Of a DNA stretch of 47,270 nucleotides, positions 26,483 to 33,501 are shown piece by piece (position 1 is the first letter of the stretch; the number at the start of each line of letters is the position of its first letter). The DNA lies in the NCBI GenBank assembly GCA_038045965.1, contig JBBSXD010000001.1, forward strand, positions 103,474 to 150,743, written 5' to 3'. The position numbers were made by a program, and so were the translations under genes. The notes under the pieces are model-generated. The model was not told the origin of the DNA, ran no database searches, and worked only from the letters and a program-made list of their open reading frames with translations. This stretch comes from Nanobdellota archaeon (GTDB lineage: Archaea; Nanobdellota; Nanobdellia; Pacearchaeales; GW2011-AR1).

Positions 26483-26533
26483 ATATTTGGATTTATAAAA
26501 ATTTATCAAAAATAAGATTTTATATATCAGAAT

Positions 26534-26698
26534 TTATTTTTTTCTAATAGATCTAAATTCACTCTTTAAACATTTTCTACATCTAACCTTTTTTTCAAAA
26601 ATTTTTCTAGGATCAGCTCTAATTTTTATTTTACAATTTTTACATACAAACATATTTCTATATAATCTTGCTTGAGCCGCAGGTAATTTTGTTCCCAT
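26534..26698 (-). CDS. rpl40e: 50S ribosomal protein eL40
   Basis: Not in the ORF track (54 aa). Minus-strand translation is MGTKLPAAQARLYRNMFVCKNCKIKIRADPRKIFEKKVRCRKCLKSEFRSIRKK. It has a CxxC...CxxC zinc ribbon and the L40e-like 'A..RL....CR.C' pattern. Confidence 0.75.
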   Translation of the reverse strand: MGTKLPAAQARLYRNMFVCKNCKIKIRADPRKIFEKKVRCRKCLKSEFRSIRKK

Positions 26699-26715
26699 TT
26701 TAGATTGTTATTTAT

Positions 26716-27105
26716 TTAATTCTTCCTCTTTATAATTTTTACTCCTTCTATATTCCAATATTCAACTTGATCCTCTTCTTTTATCTGCCCTTTTAATTCT
26801 TCTATAATGGGAATTTCTAAAGTTTCATAATTATCTAAATCCATAACACTTGCATTATCACCAATTATATTTAAAACTTGAGCCTTGTTTTTTTCAATCA
26901 TTGGAACTTCCATTCTTTCATGACCAGCACTAACAAAGACCTTTTTCTTGCCATCAATTATTCCAATAGCTTCTATTCTACATTTAGCATGACCATGTTT
27001 TCCAGTTTTAGAGATATCATTACTTTTGACAACACAGGCAGTTCCATCAACCATTATAGTAGCACCAGGTTTAGCTTCTGTTGCACTAATTAATTTAAAC
27101 GCCAT
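26716..27105 (-). CDS. eif5a: Translation initiation factor 5A (aIF5A)
   Basis: 129 aa. Hypusine-loop motif 'SKTGKHGHAKCRIEAIGI'. Confidence 0.95.
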   Translation of the reverse strand: MAFKLISATEAKPGATIMVDGTACVVKSNDISKTGKHGHAKCRIEAIGIIDGKKKVFVSAGHERMEVPMIEKNKAQVLNIIGDNASVMDLDNYETLEIPIIEELKGQIKEEDQVEYWNIEGVKIIKRKN

Positions 27106-27149
27106 TCAACACCATTATTATTTTTATGATATAGATTAAAAAAATATGT

Positions 27150-27971
27150 TTATAAATCTTGTGCAGACCCAAGGAAATTATCATAATTATCTTTAAGTAG
27201 AAATCTTAAACATTCATTAGATATATTACTATTTTTTAGCCATTCAATAAAACATTCTTTAGGAATTCTTCTTTCTAAAGAGAGTGGTAATGTAAATCCT
27301 TTTAATTTTCCGTAATCAAATTGTTTAAAAAGAGATTTATCTGGAATTTTAGATATACGACTTAATTCTTCAATAGTATATAACTTAGAATCTAAATAAT
27401 TAATCATCTCATTATCATTAAGAAATTTAATAAGATCTTCTCCCTTGACATTTCTTTTTTTATTTAATACTTTTACTCTTTCACCTTTGATATATCCTAA
27501 ATCTATCCATCTAGAAACAATTTTTGGAGAAAACTTAGTAATTTTAAAAATATCATATGTACTATAATCTGCGTCAGGACATATAGAAATTTTATTAGAA
27601 TCATAAGATTCATAAAATTTTTTAACTCTTTCAGAAATTAATTCAATACCATTATTATAATTTGGAATTATTAGAGATTCTTGAAAAAGCCCTTCTAAAT
27701 TATTATATTTATTCTCTCTATAAAATCCTATCTTATATTTTTTATTTCTCTCAGAAAAAATAATATATTCTCTATACTCATCATTAATCATCTCTAAATC
27801 AGCTAAAATTAATTTAGAATTTAGTATCTGGCTTTTAGAATTAGTCTCTCTAAAAATTAAAACTTCTTTACCAGTTTCAGATAATTTTTTTGATAAATTT
27901 TGATAAAATGTTCTTCTTGAATCCAAATGATTAGTAGGAATCGCAAATATAATTATATCATATTTTTGCAT
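27150..27971 (-). CDS. Hypothetical protein with two C-terminal helix-turn-helix-like repeats
   Basis: 273 aa. Unassigned N-terminal alpha/beta-looking domain. Two similar segments ('YDIFKITKFSPKIVSRWIDLGYIKGERV' and 'YTIEELSRISKIPDKSLFKQFDYGKLKGFTL') resemble excisionase/MerR-type HTH. Confidence 0.45.
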   Translation of the reverse strand: MQKYDIIIFAIPTNHLDSRRTFYQNLSKKLSETGKEVLIFRETNSKSQILNSKLILADLEMINDEYREYIIFSERNKKYKIGFYRENKYNNLEGLFQESLIIPNYNNGIELISERVKKFYESYDSNKISICPDADYSTYDIFKITKFSPKIVSRWIDLGYIKGERVKVLNKKRNVKGEDLIKFLNDNEMINYLDSKLYTIEELSRISKIPDKSLFKQFDYGKLKGFTLPLSLERRIPKECFIEWLKNSNISNECLRFLLKDNYDNFLGSAQDL

Positions 27972-28043
27972 CTAAAAAAAGTAAATTATAATATTTAAAT
28001 TTTTATACATAAACTTTTAATACTAATTATTATAGATTTTATA

Positions 28044-28706
28044 ATGACTTTAATAAAAAAAAATGATTTTATAGAAATAGATTTTACTGGATATGCAAAT
28101 AATCAGATTTTTGATACTACAAATTCAAAAGATGCTGAAAAAATAGGTTTAGAAATAAAAGATATAAAACCTTTAACAATTTCAGTAGGAAATCAAATGG
28201 TTATTAAAGGATTAGATGAGGATTTAGAAAAAAAAGAAATAGGAAAAGAATATTCTGTTGATATATCTCCAGAAAAAGCTTTTGGAAAAAGAAACCCTTC
28301 CATGATAAAAACTTACGGAATAAATAATTTTAAAAAACAAAATTTAAATCCCTATACTGGAATGGTTTTACAATTAGATAATATGATTGCTAAGGTTATA
28401 TCTGTAAATGGGGGTAGAGTTACTGTTGATTTTAATAATCCTTTAGCAGGAAAAAGTATAAACTATAAATATAAAATAAATAAGATAATAACAGAAGATA
28501 AAGAAAAAGTAAATGCTATACAAGATTTCTTTTTTAGAAAACGTCTTGAATTTATTATAAAAGATAAGAAAGTAATATTTAAAGATGAAGAAATAAAACC
28601 TTTTATAGAATTAATAAACCCAAAATTAAAAGATATGACTGGATTGACATTCGAGATAGAAATTAAATCAGAAAATAAAGAGATTAAAGAAAAAACAATC
28701 ATATAA
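28044..28706 (+). CDS. FKBP-type peptidyl-prolyl cis-trans isomerase (SlyD-like, with insert-in-flap domain)
   Basis: 220 aa. 'IDFTGY.....FDTT', 'GNQMVIKGLDEDL' and 'VDFNNPLAGKSINYKYKI' FKBP motifs. Confidence 0.85.
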   Translation: MTLIKKNDFIEIDFTGYANNQIFDTTNSKDAEKIGLEIKDIKPLTISVGNQMVIKGLDEDLEKKEIGKEYSVDISPEKAFGKRNPSMIKTYGINNFKKQNLNPYTGMVLQLDNMIAKVISVNGGRVTVDFNNPLAGKSINYKYKINKIITEDKEKVNAIQDFFFRKRLEFIIKDKKVIFKDEEIKPFIELINPKLKDMTGLTFEIEIKSENKEIKEKTII

Positions 28707-28765
28707 ATCAAAACACTCAATAAAACTCCATAATATTTATATACAGATTCTAGTTGTTTATAAAA

Positions 28766-29974
28766 ATGGAAGAGGATTACGAAAAAGAGGATTTTATTCC
28801 TAAATATAGAAATGGCTCAGATTTTGCTAGAAAAGAAATTAATTATCCTCACTTTCATAGTTCTGATAATCCAAATCAAAAAGGATTCAAATCTGTATCA
28901 TCTAATTTAAGTAAAAGTCAAGAGCTCAGCGATATAGATAAAGAATTAGAAGAACTAGTTAAAAAACAACATGCAAAAGTAAAAGTCTTTGGAGTTGGAG
29001 GAGCTGGAGGAAACACTATTTCTAGAATGAGAGAAATTGGAATTAAAGGCGGAGAATTTATAGCTCTTAATACAGATGCTCAAGATCTTTTATATTCAAG
29101 TGCTGATTATAAAATATTATTAGGAAAGGAATTGACTATGGGATTGGGAGCTGGTTCTAATCCAAAAGTTGGAGAAGAAGCAGCACATGAATCTGAACAA
29201 GAAATAAAAAAAAGATTAACTGGTTGTGATATGATTTTTGTAACATGTGGTTTAGGAGGAGGAACTGGTTCTGGTGCTGCTGGTGTTATAGCAAGTTTAG
29301 CGAAAAAACAAGGTGCTCTAACTATAGGAGTTGTAACAATGCCTTTTACTATTGAAGGTAAAAAAAGAATAGAAAATGCAGAATATGGATTAGAAAGATT
29401 GCAATCTTCCGTAGATACTTTAATAGTAATTCCTAACGATAAACTTTTAGAGATAGCTCCAGAATTACCATTACAAACTGCTTTTAAAGTAGCTGATGAA
29501 ATTCTCACAAATGCTGTGAAAGGAACAACAGAACTTGTTACAAAATCAGGACTTGTTAATCTTGATTTTGCAGATGTTAAAGCCGTAATGTCAAATGGAG
29601 GAGTTTCCTTAATAGGAATGGGAGAATCAGATTCAGCGAACAGAGCTCAAGATGCAGTAGAAAAAGCTCTAACAAATCCTTTGTTAGATGTAGATTTATC
29701 AGATTCAACAGGAGCCTTAATAAATATTATAGGGGGAAATGATATGTCTTTAGATGAAGCACGAGCAATTATTTCTTCAGTTGGACAGAGATTAAATCCT
29801 AATGCAAAAATGATTTGGGGAGCACAAATATCTCCAGAAATGGAAAAATCTATTAGAGTTATGATTATAATAACTGGAGTAAAATCATCTCAGATAATTG
29901 GAAGCGATTTACCAATAGAAATGAAAAAACAACTAGAAATGGAAGATGAATTAGGAATTGAATTTTTGGAATAG
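28766..29974 (+). CDS. ftsZ: Cell division GTPase FtsZ with ~70-aa N-terminal extension
   Basis: 'FGVGGAGGNTISRM', tubulin signature 'GLGGGTGSGAAGVIA', 'NTDAQDL'. I place the start at ATG 28766 rather than the track's TTG at 28754. Confidence 0.95.
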   Translation: MEEDYEKEDFIPKYRNGSDFARKEINYPHFHSSDNPNQKGFKSVSSNLSKSQELSDIDKELEELVKKQHAKVKVFGVGGAGGNTISRMREIGIKGGEFIALNTDAQDLLYSSADYKILLGKELTMGLGAGSNPKVGEEAAHESEQEIKKRLTGCDMIFVTCGLGGGTGSGAAGVIASLAKKQGALTIGVVTMPFTIEGKKRIENAEYGLERLQSSVDTLIVIPNDKLLEIAPELPLQTAFKVADEILTNAVKGTTELVTKSGLVNLDFADVKAVMSNGGVSLIGMGESDSANRAQDAVEKALTNPLLDVDLSDSTGALINIIGGNDMSLDEARAIISSVGQRLNPNAKMIWGAQISPEMEKSIRVMIIITGVKSSQIIGSDLPIEMKKQLEMEDELGIEFLE

Positions 29975-30027
29975 ATTTTTACTTAAATATAATAATTTTT
30001 AAATAGTATTTATGCGATAATGATTTT

Positions 30028-30237
30028 ATGAAATCAAAAGTTAAAATGACAATGAGAGATTATGAAGATTTTAAATTATTTAGAAGATTATGTTTAGCAG
30101 GATTACTATTTCTTGGAGGAATTGGATGCTACCAAGAAATTTCTGGAAGCATTAAAAAATATGGTTCATTTAAAAATTTTTATAATCATCATATGGAAGA
30201 ACTTAATAAAATTAATTTTAGAGGAATTTACCCTTAA
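30028..30237 (+). CDS. Small hypothetical single-pass membrane protein
   Basis: 69-aa ORF with one hydrophobic helix ('LCLAGLLFLGGIGCY') between ftsZ and secE. No family. Confidence 0.3.
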   Translation: MKSKVKMTMRDYEDFKLFRRLCLAGLLFLGGIGCYQEISGSIKKYGSFKNFYNHHMEELNKINFRGIYP

Positions 30238-30300
30238 TCTTATTTTTATAGGGTCTTTAAAAATCTAAAACTTTTTAAACTAACAATCACAAATTTTATT

Positions 30301-30474
30301 ATGTTAAATATAAAATCTTTTTTAAATCAAAGTTTGAGAGTATGGAAATTATTAAAAAAACCAACTAACGAAGAATTTAAAACAATATCTAAAGTTTCTG
30401 CGATAGGACTTTGCATAATTGGACTTTTAGGATTCTTAATTAATTTAATAATGACTTATCTTAATTTATCTTAA
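30301..30474 (+). CDS. secE: Preprotein translocase subunit SecE (Sec61 gamma)
   Basis: Not in the ORF track (57 aa): MLNIKSFLNQSLRVWKLLKKPTNEEFKTISKVSAIGLCIIGLLGFLINLIMTYLNLS. Has the 'KKPT..EF' motif and a single C-terminal TM. Conserved position just upstream of spt5/nusG. Confidence 0.75.
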   Translation: MLNIKSFLNQSLRVWKLLKKPTNEEFKTISKVSAIGLCIIGLLGFLINLIMTYLNLS

Positions 30475-30558
30475 GCTTGCAAAAAATTTATATACTCCTT
30501 ATTTTAACTAATATTATCTTTCTAAGTGTTTATCATTTAGTTGGAGCTGAAAAATAAA

Positions 30559-31182
30559 ATGGAAGAAATAAAAAATAATCAAGAATCTCAAATATTTATA
30601 ATTAAAGTAACAACTAATAAAGAAGATCGTGCACTTGAATTAATTTCCGAGAAAATACACAAGAAAGAACTTAATATTTATTCTCTTTCTAGACCTCATG
30701 GATTAAGAGGTTATATTTTCTTAGAAGCTGCTGATAGAGATTCTGCAGAAGAGGCATCTTACAATCTTCCATATGTAAAAGGTATAATCGGAAAGACAGT
30801 TAGTTACGAAGAAATTAAAAATATGTTAGAGCCTGTTTTAGAAGAAATCAATATAGAAAAAGGAGATATAGTTGAGATAATAGGGGAGCCATTCAAAAAA
30901 GAAAAAGCAAAAGTTATTAGAGTTGATAAATCTAAAGGAGAATCAGTAGTTACTCTTTTGGCAGCAGTAGTTCCAATCCCCGTTACTGTAAGATTAGATA
31001 ATATTAAAGTAATAAGAAGAGAAAAAGAAGAAAATTCAGAAGAAGATTTAAATGAATCAGGGGAAAGTTTTAATAAGAAATCCAGTGAGATAAATGAAGA
31101 AACTCCTTTAGGAGACGCTCCAGATATTAGTCAAGATTATAAAGAATCTACAGGAAGTTTAGTTCCAGATGATGATTATTAG
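30559..31182 (+). CDS. spt5: Transcription elongation factor Spt5 (NusG) with acidic C-terminal extension
   Basis: NGN domain ('IFIIKVTTNKEDRA', 'GYIFLEA') and KOW motif ('GDIVEIIGEPFKKEKAKVIRVD'). About 55 extra acidic residues follow the KOW domain. Start placed at ATG 30559, with GGAG 12 nt upstream. Confidence 0.9.
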   Translation: MEEIKNNQESQIFIIKVTTNKEDRALELISEKIHKKELNIYSLSRPHGLRGYIFLEAADRDSAEEASYNLPYVKGIIGKTVSYEEIKNMLEPVLEEINIEKGDIVEIIGEPFKKEKAKVIRVDKSKGESVVTLLAAVVPIPVTVRLDNIKVIRREKEENSEEDLNESGESFNKKSSEINEETPLGDAPDISQDYKESTGSLVPDDDY

Positions 31183-31226
31183 ATAAATTTAAATAATGTG
31201 AATAAAATCAAAATAATAAAATTATT

Positions 31227-31928
31227 ATGGTTAAAATTAATTTATTGATAGAGGGAGGAAATATGAAACCGGGACCAGCTATAGCTCAGCAACTTGGACC
31301 TATGGGCATAAATATAGGTAAAGTTATTTCTGAAGTCAATGAATCTACAAAATCTTTTAATGGGATGAAAGTTCCAGTAGAATTAGATATCAATGAAAAA
31401 ACTAAAAATTTTGTAATAAATATATCTTCTCCACCAACTTCAGAATTAATAAAAAAAGAACTTAATATAGAAAAAGGTACAAACAAAAATAAAGAAATAA
31501 AAGTTGGCAATGCTTCAATAGAAGATATTATAAAAATAGCTAAAATTAAATTTCCAAATATGCTTGATAAAGATATTAAATCGGCAGTTAAATCTATTTT
31601 AGGAACTTGTGCTTCAGTAGGAATATTAGTTGAGAATAAAAATCCTTTAGAATTAGTAGAGTTAGTAAATAAAGGTGAATTTGATTCAGAAATTAATTCA
31701 GAAAAATCTGAGACCTCTAATGAAAAGAGAAAGATGATAAATGATTTTTTCTCACAAATTAGATCTCAACAAGATGCAAAAGTGGTTGCAGAAAAGAAAG
31801 CTGCTGAAGAAGCTGCTGCAAAAACTGAAGAAACAAAAGCTGTTCCTGCCACCACAACTACAAAAGCTCCAGAGAAAAAAGCTCCAGAGAAAACAGTACA
31901 AAAAGAAAAAACAGTTTCAAAGAAATGA
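31227..31928 (+). CDS. rpl11: 50S ribosomal protein uL11 with A/K/E/T/P-rich C-terminal extension
   Basis: 233 aa. 'GGNMKPGPAIAQQLGPMGINIGKV' uL11 N-domain. The last ~70 aa ('EKKAAEEAAAKTEETKAVPATTTTKAPEKKAPEK...') lie beyond the usual ~160-aa protein. Confidence 0.9.
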   Translation: MVKINLLIEGGNMKPGPAIAQQLGPMGINIGKVISEVNESTKSFNGMKVPVELDINEKTKNFVINISSPPTSELIKKELNIEKGTNKNKEIKVGNASIEDIIKIAKIKFPNMLDKDIKSAVKSILGTCASVGILVENKNPLELVELVNKGEFDSEINSEKSETSNEKRKMINDFFSQIRSQQDAKVVAEKKAAEEAAAKTEETKAVPATTTTKAPEKKAPEKTVQKEKTVSKK

Positions 31929-31983
31929 CTTAATAAAATTATTTGTAAAGATTTTTAAACATATAAATTTATTAATTTTGTAT

Positions 31984-32057
31984 GGGGCTGTGGGGAAGCC
32001 TGGTTATCCTCCGAGGTTTGGGACTTCGTGTCCCCGGTTCAAATCCGGGCAGCCCCA
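31984..32057 (+). tRNA. tRNA-Pro (anticodon UGG), no intron, no encoded CCA
   Basis: Folded by hand. Acceptor GGGGCTG/CAGCCCC (7 bp). D stem GGGA/TCCT with a GG-containing loop. Anticodon stem CGAGG/CTTCG and loop TT-TGG-GA. 4-nt variable region. T arm CCCGG-TTCAAAT-CCGGG. Discriminator A. Confidence 0.85.
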
Positions 32058-32105
32058 TTTAAATTTAAGACAAAGATTTTTAAACCAATTATAATAAATC
32101 TTATT

Positions 32106-32321
32106 ATGAGAACAAAAAAAATTAAGTCTGCAGGAAGATTTGGTTCTAAACATGGAGTAAGAGTTAGAAGAAAGATAACAGAAATTGAATCTACTCAAAG
32201 AAAAAAACAAAATTGTATTTTTTGTAATGGGATAGCAAAAAGAATCTCTAAAGGATTATGGGAATGTAAAAGATGTGAAAAAAAATTTAGCGGACATACT
32301 TATTTTATAAATAAAAAATAG
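32106..32321 (+). CDS. rpl37ae: 50S ribosomal protein eL43 (L37Ae)
   Basis: 71 aa from ATG 32106. 'RTKKIKSAGRFGSKHGVRVRRK' and the zinc ribbon 'CIFCNG...WECKRCEKKFSG'. The longer track ORF (from 32028) overlaps the tRNA. Confidence 0.9.
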   Translation: MRTKKIKSAGRFGSKHGVRVRRKITEIESTQRKKQNCIFCNGIAKRISKGLWECKRCEKKFSGHTYFINKK

Positions 32322-32355
32322 AAACAATTAAATACAAATAAATAATAAAAACATA

Positions 32356-32493
32356 ATGACATCCTACAAATGTTTTAAATGTGGAAAGAAAATAACTTCT
32401 TTAGCTTTGGGAAAAAGATTTCTTTGTCCTAATTGCAGATATAAAATATTCTACAAACCAAGAACTCATGTAGTTAAAATAAAAGCAGTATAA
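32356..32493 (+). CDS. rpoP: DNA-directed RNA polymerase subunit P (Rpo12)
   Basis: Not in the ORF track (45 aa): MTSYKCFKCGKKITSLALGKRFLCPNCRYKIFYKPRTHVVKIKAV. Has a CxxC...CxxC zinc ribbon and the 'R...KpR' tail. Conserved position after L37Ae. Confidence 0.8.
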   Translation: MTSYKCFKCGKKITSLALGKRFLCPNCRYKIFYKPRTHVVKIKAV

Positions 32494-32526
32494 TTATTTT
32501 CTATTATATTGTCTATAATAAATAAA

Positions 32527-32856
32527 ATGGAATTTGATAAACAAACTCAAAACAAGATTTATGAACTTCAGTTGCTAGAGCAAAATTTACAAGGTTTAAT
32601 TATGCAAAAACAAGCTTTTCAGATAGAACTTTCAGAAACAGAAAATGCACTTAATGAAATATTTAATTCTAAAGAAGATGTTTTTAAGTTAGTTGGAAAT
32701 ATAATGATAAAGTCTGACAAGAAAAAAATCTCCGATGAATTAAAAAGAAAGAAAGATATTATAATATTAAGACTAAAATCAATAAACTCAGAAGAAAATA
32801 ATATTAACAATCAAATTGAAGAAATAAAAAAAGAAGTAATGACAAAAATAAAATAA
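32527..32856 (+). CDS. pfdB: Prefoldin beta subunit
   Basis: About 109 aa from ATG 32527. Coiled coil, single hairpin ('DVFKLVGNIMIKSDKKKISDEL'), coiled coil. Conserved L37Ae-RpoP-PfdB neighbourhood. Confidence 0.8.
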   Translation: MEFDKQTQNKIYELQLLEQNLQGLIMQKQAFQIELSETENALNEIFNSKEDVFKLVGNIMIKSDKKKISDELKRKKDIIILRLKSINSEENNINNQIEEIKKEVMTKIK

Positions 32857-32955
32857 ATCTTTAATAATTTCTGATATAAATAAATTATGAAATATTCTGT
32901 ATAATATTTTAACAATCATAGAAATATTTATATAGTTCTCAATTTAGAAAGAACT

Positions 32956-33318
32956 ATGTTTGATGGTATAAAAAGAGCGTTTAGTTCAGAGGGAGGACCC
33001 GAACACGAGTATATAGAAATAGATTTGGGTAGAGAAGTTAAAAAATCAAAAGTTTTAGTGCACCCTTTTGTTTTAAAAAGTTTTGAAGATATCAATCCCA
33101 TATTAAATGCGTTAAGAGAGGGATACACTATTGCAATTATTGATATAAAACCATTAAGATCCAAAGATATAATAGAACTTAAAAGAGCAATATCTAAAAT
33201 AAAGAAAACAGCAGATGCACTTGAAGGGAGTATTGCTGGTTTTGGAGAGAATATAATAATAGTAACTCCTCAATTTGCAAATATTCATAGATCTTCTCCA
33301 GAAGAGTCTAAAATTTAA
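32956..33318 (+). CDS. sepF: Cell division protein SepF (archaeal FtsZ anchor)
   Basis: 120 aa. 'VLVHPFVLKSFEDINPILNALREGYTIAIIDIKPL', 'ELKRAISKIKKTADALEGSIAGFGENIIIVTP' match the SepF/DUF552 pattern. Confidence 0.75.
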   Translation: MFDGIKRAFSSEGGPEHEYIEIDLGREVKKSKVLVHPFVLKSFEDINPILNALREGYTIAIIDIKPLRSKDIIELKRAISKIKKTADALEGSIAGFGENIIIVTPQFANIHRSSPEESKI

Positions 33319-33501
33319 TTCATTATTTTATATAAAATCATTGAATTTAAATTTTGAGACAATTTGTTAAATAAATTTGAAAAGGTAAATATAAATTTAT
33401 TATCGCTAAATTTGAGAAAATTAATTAAAATAAATAGAAAATTATATATCTTTTGTAGAACCATAAACTTTATAAAGGTGTTGTAACTCAAAAATCATAA
33501 C

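Noticed and set aside
28754-28765. N-terminal extensions produced by TTG starts in the ORF track (FtsZ 28754, Spt5 30541, PfdB 32509, the 47180 start of the last gene) and the 10030 start of uL6.
   Set aside because: In each case a downstream ATG has better context: a Shine-Dalgarno-like GGAG, or a TAATG overlap with the preceding stop. For 47180 the frame is simply open to the window edge.
31984-32057. tRNA-Pro as a possible integration site for a mobile element, given the broken uL11/uL1 synteny at this point.
   Set aside because: There is no integrase, no direct repeat of the tRNA 3' end that I could spot nearby, and the flanking genes are core (uL11, L37Ae, RpoP). The synteny break is reported separately without invoking an element.
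31741-32210. ORFs 31741-32094 (+) and 32004-32210 (-) spanning the uL11 3' end, the tRNA and the L37Ae 5' region.
   Set aside because: The first is an alternative frame of the repetitive A/K/E-rich uL11 tail (giving a K/Q/L repeat) and runs through the tRNA-Pro gene. The second is antisense to the tRNA and L37Ae. Both are better explained by the annotated features.
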